64,000 nucleotides of DNA, from NCBI GenBank assembly GCA_021208605.1, contig JAJOJK010000018.1, positions 4,780-68,779 on the forward strand. The letters run 5' to 3'. Source of the DNA: Candidatus Woesebacteria bacterium (GTDB lineage Bacteria; Patescibacteriota; Microgenomatia; UBA1400; UBA1396). Under the pieces are notes generated by a model. The model did not search any database. It was given only the letters and a program-made list of their open reading frames with translations, and was not told where the DNA came from. Shown here piece by piece: positions 19,367 through 29,994 of this stretch. Made by a program: the position numbers and the translations under genes. Each line of letters opens with the position of its first letter. The first letter of the stretch is position 1.

Positions 19367-19452
19367 AAAGGTTACCTTCTTCTTTATTTTTCTCTGGAAA
19401 GGTTACCTTAAGGTAACCCTTCCAGAGGTAGTTAAAAAGGAAGGTAACCCTA
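19367..19452. repeat. IS200-like element right-end repeat with palindrome (hairpin ~19394-19425)
   Basis: AAAGGTTACCTTCT...TTCTCTGGAAAGGTTACCTTAAGGTAACCCTTCCAGAGGTAGTTAAAAAGGAAGGTAACCC. Confidence 0.65.
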
Positions 19453-19460
19453 CAACCAAC

Positions 19461-19484
19461 AAAAAAGCCCCTCCCGGGGCTTTC
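19461..19484 (-). terminator. rho-independent terminator of tuf
   Basis: Minus strand reads AAAGCCCCGGGAGGGGCTTTTTTGTTGG: an 8-bp GC stem plus a U-tract, 35 nt downstream of the tuf stop. Confidence 0.7.
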
Positions 19485-19517
19485 TTGCTCTAAACAGATC
19501 TTTTCTGCTTAAAAATC

Positions 19518-20696
19518 TTACTCGACGATTTCGGTAATAGCACCGGCACCGACAGTCAGACCACCTTCGCGAATAGCGAAGCGGAGACCTTGCTCAAGAG
19601 CAACATTGCTGATGAGTTCGACAGTCATGTTAGCGTTGTCGCCAGGCATAACCATTTCGGTTCCTTCGGCCAACTTGATTTCACCGGTAACGTCAGTTGT
19701 ACGGATGTAGAACTGAGGACGGTATCCAGAGAAGAATGGCTTGTGACGTCCACCTTCTTCTTTGGTCAAGATAAGCACTTCAGCTTTGAACTTGTTGTGG
19801 GTCTTGAGAGAGCCAGCCTTACAGAGGACTTGACCACGTTGGACGTCGTCTTTTTCGACACCACGCAGCAAGATACCGACGTTGTCACCAGCTTCACCTT
19901 GGGTAAGTTCTTTACGGAACATTTCCACACCAGTGACGGTAGACTTCATTGGGTTATCAAAACCGAGGATTTCGATTTCGTCACCAACTTTGACCACACC
20001 GCGTTCGATACGACCGGTTACAACCGTACCACGACCCTTGATGGAGAAGACGTCTTCTACAGCCATCAAGAAAGGCTTGTCGGTTTCACGGACAGGATCT
20101 TCGATGTAGGTGTCGACAGCATCCATGAGTTCCATGACCTTGGCTTGAGCGTCGGCGTCACCTTCAAGAGCCTTGAGGGCAGACACACGAACAACTGGAG
20201 CGTTGTCACCGTCAAAACCGTATTTGGTCAAGAGTTCACGAACTTCCATTTCGACCAAGTCGAGGAGTTCTTCGTCATCAACCATGTCACACTTGTTCAG
20301 AGCGACGACCAAACGTGGAACGTTCACTTGCTTAGCCAGCAAGATGTGCTCACGTGTTTGAGGCATAGGACCATCGGTAGCAGCCACAACCAAGATAGCA
20401 CCGTCCATTTGAGCGGCACCGGTAATCATGTTCTTGATGTAGTCAGCGTGACCTGGAGCATCAATGTGAGCATAGTGACGTTTTTCAGTCTCGTACTCGA
20501 TGTGAGAAATGTTAATAGTAACACCGCGAGCCGCTTCTTCTGGAGCGTTGTCAATGTCGGTGTAACCCATCGCTTGGGCAAAACCCTTTTGAGCGAGAGT
20601 TGTAGTAATAGCCGCAGTTAACGTGGTCTTACCGTGGTCAACGTGACCAATCGTACCAATGTTAACGTGTGGCTTGGTGCGTTGGAACTGAGCCAT
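19518..20696 (-). CDS. tuf: elongation factor Tu
   Basis: 392 aa; [21 protein letters not shown] motifs. Confidence 0.95.
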   Translation of the reverse strand: MAQFQRTKPHVNIGTIGHVDHGKTTLTAAITTTLAQKGFAQAMGYTDIDNAPEEAARGVTINISHIEYETEKRHYAHIDAPGHADYIKNMITGAAQMDGAILVVAATDGPMPQTREHILLAKQVNVPRLVVALNKCDMVDDEELLDLVEMEVRELLTKYGFDGDNAPVVRVSALKALEGDADAQAKVMELMDAVDTYIEDPVRETDKPFLMAVEDVFSIKGRGTVVTGRIERGVVKVGDEIEILGFDNPMKSTVTGVEMFRKELTQGEAGDNVGILLRGVEKDDVQRGQVLCKAGSLKTHNKFKAEVLILTKEEGGRHKPFFSGYRPQFYIRTTDVTGEIKLAEGTEMVMPGDNANMTVELISNVALEQGLRFAIREGGLTVGAGAITEIVE

Positions 20697-20774
20697 ACTT
20701 TTTCTCCTTTATTTTTCTTTCTTTATTTCTCTGGTGAAGACCAACCGAAACGGCAGTCTCCCCTCTAGATTCTT

Positions 20775-22910
20775 TTAGGACTGCTGCTCCACAATTTGTT
20801 GAGCAATGTTGTCAGGAACGACCTCATAGTGGCTCGGCTCCATGTAGTAGGAAGCACGACCCTGAGTCATACTACGAAGAATTGTAGCATAGCTCGGCAA
20901 TTCAGCCAGCGGGACTTGACCCTTAATGACAACAGCGGTGCCTTGTTCGGTGGAACCCTGCACGAGACCGCGACGAGAAGACAAGTCGCCAATCACGTCA
21001 CCCATAAACTCTTTTGGAGTGGTGACTTCGACGCGCATAATTGGTTCGAGCAGTTGCAAACCAGCTTTACGTGCACCAGACTGAAGACCCATAGAAGCGG
21101 CCAATTTAAAGGCAATTTCTGAAGAGTCAACATCGTGGTAACTTCCATCGTAGAGGGTAACCTTCATGTCGACCATTGGGTAGCCAGCCATAACACCGTT
21201 CGCCATAGCTTCTTCAACACCTTTTTGCACTGGAGTAATAAATTCCTTTGGAATCGCACCACCAGTGATAGCGTTGACGAACTCGAAACCAGTACCGCGG
21301 TCCATTGGTTCCAAACGAAGGTACACGTGACCGTATTGACCACGACCACCGGACTGCTTGATGTATTTGGATTCTTGCTCGGTAGGAGCTTTAATGGTTT
21401 CGCGGTAGGCAACTTGTGGAGCACCGACGTTGGCGTCCACTTTGAATTCACGCTTCATACGATCAACGATGATTTCCAAATGGAGTTCACCCATACCAGC
21501 AATAATGGTTTGGTTGGTGTCGTGGTTGACCTTAACCTGGAAGGTTGGATCTTCTTCAGACAACTTCGCCAAAGCCATACCCATTTTTTCTTGGTCAGAC
21601 TTGGTAGCTGGTTCGATAGCCAAAGAGATAACTGGTTCAGCAAAGGTAATACCTTCCAAAACAATTGGAGCGCTTTCTTCACAGAGGGAGTCACCAGTTC
21701 GGGTAGCTTTCAAACCGACCAAAGCAACGATTTCACCAGCATAGGCTGCTTGGATTTCTTCACGTTGGTTCGCGTGCATTAAGAGCACACGACCGACACG
21801 TTCCTTCTCTTTTTGGGTTGCGTTGTAGATGTATGAACCAGCTTCGAGCTTACCAGAGTAAATACGAGCATAGGTGATACGACCCACGTGTGGATCGGTC
21901 TGCACCTTGAAAGCCAACATAGCCAGAGGTTCGGTTGGAACCAATTGACGAGTGACTTCTTCACCCGTGTCTGGGTTGGTACCGGTAATGTGGTCCACAT
22001 CTTGTGGAGATGGCAGGTAGTCAACAATTGCGTCGAGCAATGGTTGGATACCCATGTTCTTCAAGGCAGAACCACAGAACATTGGCACGAGTTCATAGTT
22101 AATGACCGCTTTGCGGAGAGCTTTCTTAAGTTCAGCCACGCTGATTTCTTCACCCTCGAGGTATTTATTCATGAGTTCTTCGTCGGTTTCGACAATCATT
22201 TCCACGAGCTCGGCGCGTTTTTCTTCGGCCTTAGCTCGGAACTCTTCTGGAACGTCAATCACTTCATATGGAGTAGAAGCTTCTTGGTCAGCCCAGTGAA
22301 GCGCTCTCATTTCGAGCAACTGCACTAAACCGCGGAACTCGTTCTCGGCACCCATTGGCATAACCATAGGAGCTGGCGTAACACCAAATTTCTCTTTGAC
22401 GTCACCAACCACGAAATCAAAGTTGGCACCAACTTTGTCCATCTTGTTGACAAAACAGAGACGAGGCACGTGGTACTTGTCAGCTTGACGCCAAACGGTT
22501 TCAGATTGAGACTGCACACCTTTGTCGGCGTCGAGCACTGTCACACCACCATCGAGCACACGCAGAGAACGCTCCACCTCAGCGGTGAAGTCGACGTGAC
22601 CTGGTGTGTCAATAATGTTAATGCGATGATCCGTTTGCGGCATCAAAGTTTGTTCGAGAACTGGAGTCCAGAAAGTTGTGGTGGCCGCGGAAACAATGGT
22701 AATACCACGTTCACGCTCTTGCTCCATCCAGTCCATGGTGGCTTCACCTTCGTGAACCTCACCAATTTTGTAGGATTTACCGGTGAAGTATAAAATACGT
22801 TCGGTCGTGGTGGTTTTACCGGCATCAATGTGCGCGATAATACCAATGTTACGAATCCGGTCGAGCGGAAGGTTGCGGTCGTCAGTCTTGACTGTTTGTT
22901 GCGTGGCCAT
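20775..22910 (-). CDS. fusA: elongation factor G
   Basis: 711 aa; [13 protein letters not shown]-loop and EF-G domains II-V. Confidence 0.95.
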   Translation of the reverse strand: MATQQTVKTDDRNLPLDRIRNIGIIAHIDAGKTTTTERILYFTGKSYKIGEVHEGEATMDWMEQERERGITIVSAATTTFWTPVLEQTLMPQTDHRINIIDTPGHVDFTAEVERSLRVLDGGVTVLDADKGVQSQSETVWRQADKYHVPRLCFVNKMDKVGANFDFVVGDVKEKFGVTPAPMVMPMGAENEFRGLVQLLEMRALHWADQEASTPYEVIDVPEEFRAKAEEKRAELVEMIVETDEELMNKYLEGEEISVAELKKALRKAVINYELVPMFCGSALKNMGIQPLLDAIVDYLPSPQDVDHITGTNPDTGEEVTRQLVPTEPLAMLAFKVQTDPHVGRITYARIYSGKLEAGSYIYNATQKEKERVGRVLLMHANQREEIQAAYAGEIVALVGLKATRTGDSLCEESAPIVLEGITFAEPVISLAIEPATKSDQEKMGMALAKLSEEDPTFQVKVNHDTNQTIIAGMGELHLEIIVDRMKREFKVDANVGAPQVAYRETIKAPTEQESKYIKQSGGRGQYGHVYLRLEPMDRGTGFEFVNAITGGAIPKEFITPVQKGVEEAMANGVMAGYPMVDMKVTLYDGSYHDVDSSEIAFKLAASMGLQSGARKAGLQLLEPIMRVEVTTPKEFMGDVIGDLSSRRGLVQGSTEQGTAVVIKGQVPLAELPSYATILRSMTQGRASYYMEPSHYEVVPDNIAQQIVEQQS

Positions 22911-23039
22911 AAATATCTAAAAGGATTTTCCTGCAGATGTGTAACCCGAAGGGCAGGTGAATCCTTTTCCCTTATAGATTACTTCTTGTGTATTTCCTTT
23001 TCCTCTATATTTTCTTTTTTCTCTATTTCTATTTCTAGC
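22911..23039 (-). promoter_or_regulatory. conserved structured 5'-leader RNA element, copy D (upstream of fusA; core ~22911-22975)
   Basis: ATAAATATCTAAAAGGATT-TTCCTGCAGATGTGTAACCCGAAGGGCAGG-TGAATCCTTTTCCCTTA. The outer helix is identical to copy A; the inner helix has the compensatory pair CCTGC/GCAGG; the mini-hairpin is CCC-UUC(G)-GGG. Confidence 0.6.
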
Positions 23040-23516
23040 TTACCATCGGAAGTGAGCAAATGCTTTGTTAGCATCGGCCATCTTGTGCGTGGTGATTTTC
23101 TTCTGGAAGGCTCCGCCTTCTTCTTTGAGGGCGTCCATCATTTCAGCAGCCAGCTTCTCAGCGAAGGTGTGGTAGGAACGATTAGAACGCTTGTTGGCTT
23201 CGTTAATCAGCCAGCGAATAGCCAAAGAAGAACCACGGCGGTCAGAGACCGGCATAGGCACTTGGTAAGAAGCACCACCGACACGACGGGAGCGAACTTC
23301 CATCTGTGGGGTAATTTGTTGGAGCACCTCTTCCAGAACGTCGAGGGCTTTTCGGTTTAAGGTTTGGGCGACGAGATCTAAAGCACCATACACTTGCTTT
23401 TGAGCAGCAGTCTTTTTACCGTCTCGCATGGCTCGGTTAATGAGGCGAGCGACGACGACCGAGTTAAACTTCGGATCAGCTTTGACATCACGTCTGGGGA
23501 ATCTTTTTGCGCGCAT
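23040..23516 (-). CDS. rpsG: 30S ribosomal protein S7
   Basis: 158 aa S7 family. Confidence 0.93.
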   Translation of the reverse strand: MRAKRFPRRDVKADPKFNSVVVARLINRAMRDGKKTAAQKQVYGALDLVAQTLNRKALDVLEEVLQQITPQMEVRSRRVGGASYQVPMPVSDRRGSSLAIRWLINEANKRSNRSYHTFAEKLAAEMMDALKEEGGAFQKKITTHKMADANKAFAHFRW

Positions 23517-23557
23517 TGTTTGTCTTTCTTATTTCTCTTCAAAAATTACTAACTTGA

Positions 23558-23971
23558 TTAAGCCTTTGGTTTCTTAGTACCGTACTTCGAACGAGAAGTG
23601 CGACGTTTTTCGACACCAGCGGTATCGTACTTACCACGCACAATGTGATACTTCACACCAGGTAAGTCTTTTACACGACCACCACGCACCAACACAATGC
23701 TGTGTTCAGCGAGGTTGTGACCTTCACCTTGAATGTAAGCAGTGACTTCCATACGGTTCGACAAACGAACACGAGCCACTTTACGCAAAGCGGAGTTAGG
23801 TTTCTTTGGAGTCATGGTTTTTACCAATGTACACACACCACGCTTTTGTGGGTTAGCGGTTTTTACCACTTGGTTTTTCACCGCGTTAAAAGAACGGCGT
23901 AAAGCCTGGGCTTTCACCTTAGTTGGTTTCGACTTGCGACCTTTACGGATCAGTTGATTGATCGTTGGCAT
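23558..23971 (-). CDS. rpsL: 30S ribosomal protein S12
   Basis: 137 aa S12 family ([11 protein letters not shown]...). Confidence 0.93.
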   Translation of the reverse strand: MPTINQLIRKGRKSKPTKVKAQALRRSFNAVKNQVVKTANPQKRGVCTLVKTMTPKKPNSALRKVARVRLSNRMEVTAYIQGEGHNLAEHSIVLVRGGRVKDLPGVKYHIVRGKYDTAGVEKRRTSRSKYGTKKPKA

Positions 23972-24443
23972 GGATCTTTCCTTTTTTTCTTTGAAAAGAA
24001 GTTCTTTTCAGTTTATTCGTTCAGGTGGAGAAGTGACAAAACAAAAAAAATGTTCCGGTATTACTCAAGAATTTCGCTTGGGAAATTCCTGTCAACTTCA
24101 CACCTTGAGACATGTATTGTATCAGAAAAAACAACTTACACAAGACTACCCATCCATTGTCCTGTAAAAAAAAGATACGTATACTGCTCTTACCATGCCA
24201 CACACAGAAAACCCTGGCCAACAGAGCGCCGAAATGAGAAATTTTACTGAGGTGCTTCATGAAACCAAAAATATACTCTTACAACTTGCTCAACATCATC
24301 CTCATGAATCTCAGCTTGATCTCAAAACAATTGAATAGGCGGCAGAATTTTTAGAAAAATACGTACACAGACTCACCGACCGAGAAAGACTGCAATCATT
24401 CTCCAGAGATCCCGAACGCTGGTACCTCGCTTTTTTTGCCGTT

Positions 24444-25243
24444 ATGCGCTTTCAGGAGGATCCTAGACGACTTTTGCGTGGTCTTGAGGCAACTCTGAAC
24501 AAAAAAGATACTATCGTGCACGCAGAATACGCCATGCGAGAAAAAGTAGTCCGTAGAATGATTCATATTGCTTTCGGAGATCCAGATAGGAAAAAAGATT
24601 TCTCTACATTAGTACAAGAAAATGCTGAGATGTATCTGGGTGTTCCAGTCTGTTTTCTGGCTGAGTCAATGAATGATTACTTCCATGTAATCAGAACAGC
24701 CTGTGCTGTCGAAGAAACGGAAGCGGAGACACTCTATTACAATCATGGGTTCGTTATCCCGAGGGAAAAAGCTTTCTTCACCTACCGTAATGCCTCGCAA
24801 AACATATGTACCACGAGATCATGCATATCAAGAACCGTGGATTACGGCACTACATCTATGGAGAAGCGCTGGATGAAGGCATGACAGAATTCATGGCTTT
24901 GCAATACACAAACAATCAAGTCGAAAAAACTACCGCAAGAAAACTCCTGGCAAAAATAGCCAATTTTATTCCTGCCTTCAGGAGTCATTACTCCACAGAA
25001 ATATCGATCATACAAAAGCTGCAAAGTAATCCGCGTATTGCACCACTTCTCCAGGAACGATACGCAGGCAATACCCCCGACAATACAGAATTTATGCAAG
25101 CACTAATCCTCGAGTACGGCTGGGAAGTATGTTTTGATCTCTGGAGGGCAGTGAGTAATACAGCACACTCAGATGGCGTAAACACGCCACTGCTGCCAAC
25201 AGAAACCGTACTGCAAAAACTCAATAGCTTAAGTCGTTCGTAG
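24444..25243 (+). pseudogene. putative HExxH zinc metallopeptidase, disrupted by a frame change (two overlapping ORFs 24444..24884 and 24806..25243)
   Basis: The second frame carries YHEIMHIKNRG...GEALDEGMTEF (HExxH plus a downstream Glu). The two reading frames overlap 24791-24884 with an offset of -1. An in-frame upstream extension (ATG ~24234, interrupted by a TAG at ~24336) is also possible. Confidence 0.45.
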
Positions 25244-25259
25244 TCTTGTTTGTAAGTAT

Positions 25260-26027
25260 CTACTCCGCCACCAACTTCGTCTCGACATCATTGGAAACAT
25301 ACGTGCCGACGCGCTCACCTTTGACCGCTTTGATCAAGTTATCGCCTTCGAAGAGCTCAAAGACCATCACCGGCATATTGTTTTCCATACACATGGAAAG
25401 CGCGCCGGTGTCCATTACTTGGATGTTTTCGTCGACGATGGCGTCGGCAAAGCGCATGGTTTCGTAGCGCTTGGCATCGGGGAATTTTTCTGGATCTTTG
25501 TCGTAAATGCCGTTGACTTTGGTGGCTTTCATCACCACATCGCAGTGTAGCTCGAGAGCATGGAGTGAGGCGCCGGTGTCGGTGGTCACATACGGAGCGC
25601 CAATTCCGGCAGTCAAGATCACTAAACGGCCCTTCTCCATCTGGCTAATAGCGCGGTGACGGATAAAGAGTTCGGCTACAGCAGGCATGTCGAGCGCTGA
25701 CATGACGCGATTATCGACGTCGAGCTGGTCAAGAGCACCTTGCAACGCTAAACCATTCATCACCGTGGCCAGCATACCCATGTAATCAGCAGTGGCGCGA
25801 TCAAAACCCTGCTGTGAAGCGGAAAGACCGCGGAAAATGTTTCCACCACCAACAACAACCGCTACTTGCACACCCATATCAGTCACCTGTTTCAATTTGC
25901 GCGCCACTTCTTCGGCCGCGTGACTATCAATTCCATACTCTCGATCACCTAAGAGTGATTCTCCACTCACTTTGATGAGTACTCGCTGAAAAGCTGGTTG
26001 TGCAGACATGGGCCCCTTTCTAGGCAA
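25260..26027 (-). CDS. pyrH: UMP kinase
   Basis: 255 aa amino-acid-kinase fold with UMPK motifs (KVSGESL, VVVGGGNIFRG). The track start is a TTG; the more likely start is the ATG at ~26007-26009 (MSAQPAF...), which has a GGGG Shine-Dalgarno. Confidence 0.9.
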   Translation of the reverse strand: MPRKGPMSAQPAFQRVLIKVSGESLLGDREYGIDSHAAEEVARKLKQVTDMGVQVAVVVGGGNIFRGLSASQQGFDRATADYMGMLATVMNGLALQGALDQLDVDNRVMSALDMPAVAELFIRHRAISQMEKGRLVILTAGIGAPYVTTDTGASLHALELHCDVVMKATKVNGIYDKDPEKFPDAKRYETMRFADAIVDENIQVMDTGALSMCMENNMPVMVFELFEGDNLIKAVKGERVGTYVSNDVETKLVAE

Positions 26028-26050
26028 AAAAAACCACCAAACCTTGGTGG
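26026..26050 (-). terminator. terminator-like hairpin plus U8 tract immediately 5' of the pyrH RBS (possible attenuator)
   Basis: Minus strand CCACCAAGGTTTGGTGG followed by TTTTTTTT, ending ~6 nt before the pyrH Shine-Dalgarno. Confidence 0.4.
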
Positions 26051-26170
26051 CTGCATTTCTTTATCTGGTTGTTTCCTTCCAACACTGCATGTGTCGAACC
26101 ATTATAGCGCACTTTCTCATTTCGTGAGGGGGATTCTGAAAAAAATGCATTTCATCGCCACGAGACAAAA

Positions 26171-26227
26171 AAGAGCAGGAGGCTGTTGAGGCATTCGCGC
26201 CTCACCCAGTCTCCTGCTTCTTTTTTC
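26171..26227 (-). terminator. large bidirectional hairpin terminator downstream of rpoC
   Basis: AAAAAAGAGCAGGAGGCTG...CAGTCTCCTGCTTCTTTTTT, 10 nt after the rpoC stop. Confidence 0.6.
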
Positions 26228-26237
26228 GTCGAACTAT

Positions 26238-29200
26238 TTAGACTTCTATCTCAGCCCGTTCCTCACTAGTCGGGATTAAGCGACCAATGATGACGTTTTC
26301 CTTCAGTCCGAGGAGGCGATCTTCTTTGCCTTCCACGGAAGCTTGGGTCAGAACAGAGGTGGTGTTCTGGAAGGAAGCGGCAGAGAGCCAGCTTTCGGTG
26401 TAGAGAGATGCTCGAGTAATACCGAGGATCAGCACCTGACCAGTGGCAGGTTCACCACCTTCGGCCAAGACCGTTTCGTTCTCTTCACGGAAGCGCATGC
26501 GGTCAACGATTTCACCTGGCAACAGGGATGTGTCGCCGGCGGTTTCGATCGAGACCTTGTCGCTCATCTTACCGATGATGACTTCAAAGTGCTTGTCGTT
26601 AATCGAGATACCCTGAGACTCGTACACCGCTTGGATGGCTTCGAGCAAGTACATCTGAGCTGCACGCATACCGCGGAGCTTCAAGACGTCACGTACATCG
26701 AGTGAACCAGCCGAGAGCTGTTGGCCAGCGGCGACTAAGTCACCGTCTTCCACCATTGGCTTGCTGGTACGAGGCAGATCGTAGGAACGCTCTTCTTGCG
26801 GCTTGCCTTGGGAAATGATCGTAATCTTGTAACCCATGTCAGTTTCCATGACCGTCACCTTACCGGCGATTTCGGCTAATGGAGCTTGCGCTTTGGGATT
26901 GCGGATTTCGAACAGTTCTTCCACACGTGGCAAACCTTGGGTCACGTCGAGACCGACGATACCACCAGAGTGTTTCACACGCATAGTCAGCTGAGTACCT
27001 GGCTCACCAATGGATTGGGCAGCCACAATACCGGCCGGAGTACCAATCTTGACGAGTTTCTTGTCGGACAAGTCCCAACCGTAACAGTGTTGACAGAGAC
27101 CAGTTGGCATCTGACAGCTCAGTGCGGAACGAACCCAGACACTCTCGACACCGGCGTTCACGATCGCTTCGACCTTGGCGTCATCGAGCAAAGTGTTGGC
27201 CTCAGCCAGCACGGTGCCGTTGGCATCCACTACTTCGCGAGCAGTGAAACGACCCAGCATACGCTTCGGGAAGACTTCATCGCGGCCAGCAGCTGACTTA
27301 ACAATCTCGAGACCTTCTTCAGTGCCACAGTCTTCGGCACGGATGATGGAATCGTGCGCCACGTCAGTCAAACGACGGGTCAGGTAACCAGCATCAGCAG
27401 TCTTCAGAGCCGAGTCAGTCAAACCTTTACGAGAACCACGGGAGGAGGTCACGTACTCGAAGATCGAAAGACCTTCACGGAAGTTTGACTTGGTAGGCAT
27501 TTCCACGATACGGCCCATTGGGTCGACCACGAGACCACGCATAGCGGCGAGCTGTTTCACCTGGTCTTTGGAAGCACGAGTACCTCCAGAGTTAATGATG
27601 ACTTTGATAGCGTTGGCTTCGTCAAAGTTATCCCAGGTCTTGTCGGCGACATCGTCGGTGGTTTCCATCCAGACGTCGAAGGTCAGACGACGCTTCTCTT
27701 CTTCGGTAATTAAACCTTGGAGGTAGTTGTCTTGGATTTCTTCGGCACGCTTGTTGGCTTTTTCGATAATCGCATCTTTTCGTCCAACATGACACAGTCG
27801 GTCACAGCTACGGACAAACCAGACTTAGTAGTCGTTTGGAAACCGAGTTCTTTGATGTTATCAATCAGAGCAGCAATGACTTCTGGGTCATCGTTGTGGT
27901 TGATAGCTTCAGTGACGATTTCCTTGATACGTCCAGCGGTAACCGCTTCGTTCACGTAGCCCATAGTAGCAGGCAGTACAGCGTTGAAGCGAATACGACC
28001 AACCGTGGTTTCACGACGCTCATAGGTACCATCTTCGTTACGGAAACGAACCGTAATGAGTTGACGCTCAGTGATCACCCCCATCTGTTGCGCCGTTTCG
28101 GCGTCCGCAGGAGAGGCAAACACGGTCTCGTGAGCAGCACGAGTCGCATCGACTGCAGTCAGGTAGTACACACCCATGGCCATGTCTTTGTTTGGCACAG
28201 TAATTGGGCTGGCGTCAGCTGGCTTGAGTAAGTTGTGCATTGGCAACATCTTCTCTTTCGCTTCGCGGATCGCTTGTTGGGTCAGCGGAACGTGGACAGC
28301 CATCTGGTCACCGTCGAAGTCAGCGTTATATCCAGAACAGACACAAGGGTGCAGACGGATAGCGTTACCTTCAATCAAGACTGGGTAGAAAGCCTGGATA
28401 CCGAGTTTGTGCAGAGTTGGAGCACGGTTCAGCATCACTGGGTGTTCGCGAGTGATCGATTCGAGAATGTCGAACACGATTTCGTTGCGACGCTCAAGCA
28501 TGTACTTAGCGCTACGAATGTTTGGCGCATAGCCCAAACGGATCAGTTCACGCAGTACGTGCGGCTTGAACATTTCCAGAGCCATTTCTTTTGGCAAACC
28601 ACATTGGTTCAAGTTGAGTTCTGGACCAACCACGATGACCGAACGACCGGAGTAGTCAACACGTTTACCGAGCAAGTTTTGACGGAAACGACCCTGCTTA
28701 CCGCGGAGCATTTCAGCCAAAGACTTCAGCGGACGGCGACGGACGCGACGACGGTTGCGTGAAGATGAGCTATCGATCAAAGCATCAACCGACTCTTGCA
28801 ACATACGTTTTTCGTTGCGCAAGATAATGTCTGGAGCACCCAATTTAATGAGGTGTTTCAAACGGTTGTTACGGTTGATAACGCGACGATACAAGTCGTT
28901 CAAGTCAGAAGCAGCAAAGCGACCACCAGAGAGTTGCACCATAGGACGCAGGTCCGGAGGCAGCACTGGCAACACCTTCATGAAGAGCCACTCTGGGTTT
29001 TGGCCAGAAGAGCGGAACCCTTCAATAATGCGCAGACGCTTGGTAGCTTTGACTTTGCGTTGACCCTTTAAGGTGTCGACTTCCTCTTGCAGCTGTTCAG
29101 CCAAGGCGTCGAGATCCAAAGTGCGGACAATTTCAAGCAAAGCTTCAGCACCCATGCCAATACGCAAGTGGTCAGCGGCATCGTACTCAATCAACTTGAT

Positions 29201-29992
29201 GTACTCGTCCTCAAAGAGGATGGAGTGCAACTCAACTTTTTTGACTAAGTCACGAACCGTGTTGTAGATTTCGTCAGCATTGTCGAGGTCGCTAGAAAGT
29301 TGATCTTTGATAGTAGCTACTTTTTGCTTAGCTTTGAGCTCAGTTGCTTGCAACTTGAGGGAGCGAGTCTCTTCGTTGGTGACTTGATCCTTGATGGACT
29401 TCAGATCACCGGCGAGCTGGTCGCGCAGATCGTCGATCTCATTTTGAGCATCATCTTTCAACACTTGCTTAGCGTTTTCGCGATCCTCTTCGAGACGGGC
29501 CAAAACAGCTTCTTTCTCTTCCACATCCACTTCGAGCACGATGTACTTGCTGAAGTAAATCAGAGAAGCTAAGTTACGTGGACTAATGTCGAGCAACAAA
29601 GACAGTGGTGAAGGAGCACCCTTAAAGAACCAGATGTGAGACACCGGCACGGCCAAGCTAATATGACCAAGACGCTCGCGACGCACGCGGCTCTGAGTGA
29701 TTTCCACACCACACTTGTCACAAACAATACCCTTGTAGCGGTAGCCTTTGTACTTACCACAGTGACACTGCCAATCTTTCATTGGACCGAAAATTTCTTC
29801 GGCAAACAAACCAGACTTTTCAGCGCGCTGGGTACGGTAGTTAATGGTTTCGGCTTTTTGCACCTCACCATGGGACCACTCTTTGATTTGTTCTGGCGGG
29901 GCCAAGGAAATGCGGAGTGACTCGAAGTCAACCACTTGTCCTTGTTTCGCTAAAGAACCAGCAAGTTTATTTTGATCTCCAAACTGTGCCAT
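26238..29992 (-). CDS. rpoC: DNA-directed RNA polymerase subunit beta', interrupted by an apparent -1 frameshift near 27776-27780
   Basis: Track gives two ORFs, 27710..29992 (N-terminal 760 aa) and 26238..27668 (C-terminal 476 aa). Re-translation shows the protein continues seamlessly if reading shifts -1 after ...VMLDEK into DAIIEKANKRAEEIQDNYLQGLITEEEKRRLTFDVWMETTDDV..., which aligns to E. coli beta' ([27 protein letters not shown]...). The shift site is a GAAAAG run on the coding strand. Confidence 0.85.
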
Positions 29993-29994
29993 GA

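Larger units (their letters stand above)
18785..19455 (-). mobile_element. IS200/IS605-family mini-insertion sequence (tnpA only) between rpsJ and the tuf terminator
   Basis: A Y1 HUH transposase ORF (18957..19322) is flanked on both sides, in direct orientation, by ~80-bp repeats (~90% identical). Each repeat carries the near-perfect palindrome CTGGAAAGGTTACC-TTAA-GGTAACCCTTCCAG plus extra GGTTACC/GGTAACC units. This matches the hairpin-ended, inverted-repeat-free IS200/IS605 architecture. Confidence 0.7.

Noticed and set aside
19590-20621. 343-aa plus-strand ORF (and 19882..20109, 20173..20361) overlapping tuf
   Set aside because: Antisense to a certain EF-Tu gene. Composition (Ser/Thr/Val/His-rich, no motifs) is typical of the shadow frame of a GC-biased highly expressed gene. 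Same reasoning for the long antisense ORFs inside rpoB (30163..31107), fusA (21135..21782, 21888..22328), groEL (34298..35062, 34786..35766), rpoC (28235..28762), the PBP (41529..42179) and the r-protein genes.
26238-29992. rpoC as a naturally split gene (cyanobacterial rpoC1/rpoC2-style) or intein-containing
   Set aside because: The break is not a stop/start pair with its own RBS. The protein continues seamlessly in the -1 frame through the junction with full homology to E. coli beta' residues ~770-830. The natural cyanobacterial split is elsewhere, and no intein-sized insertion is present.
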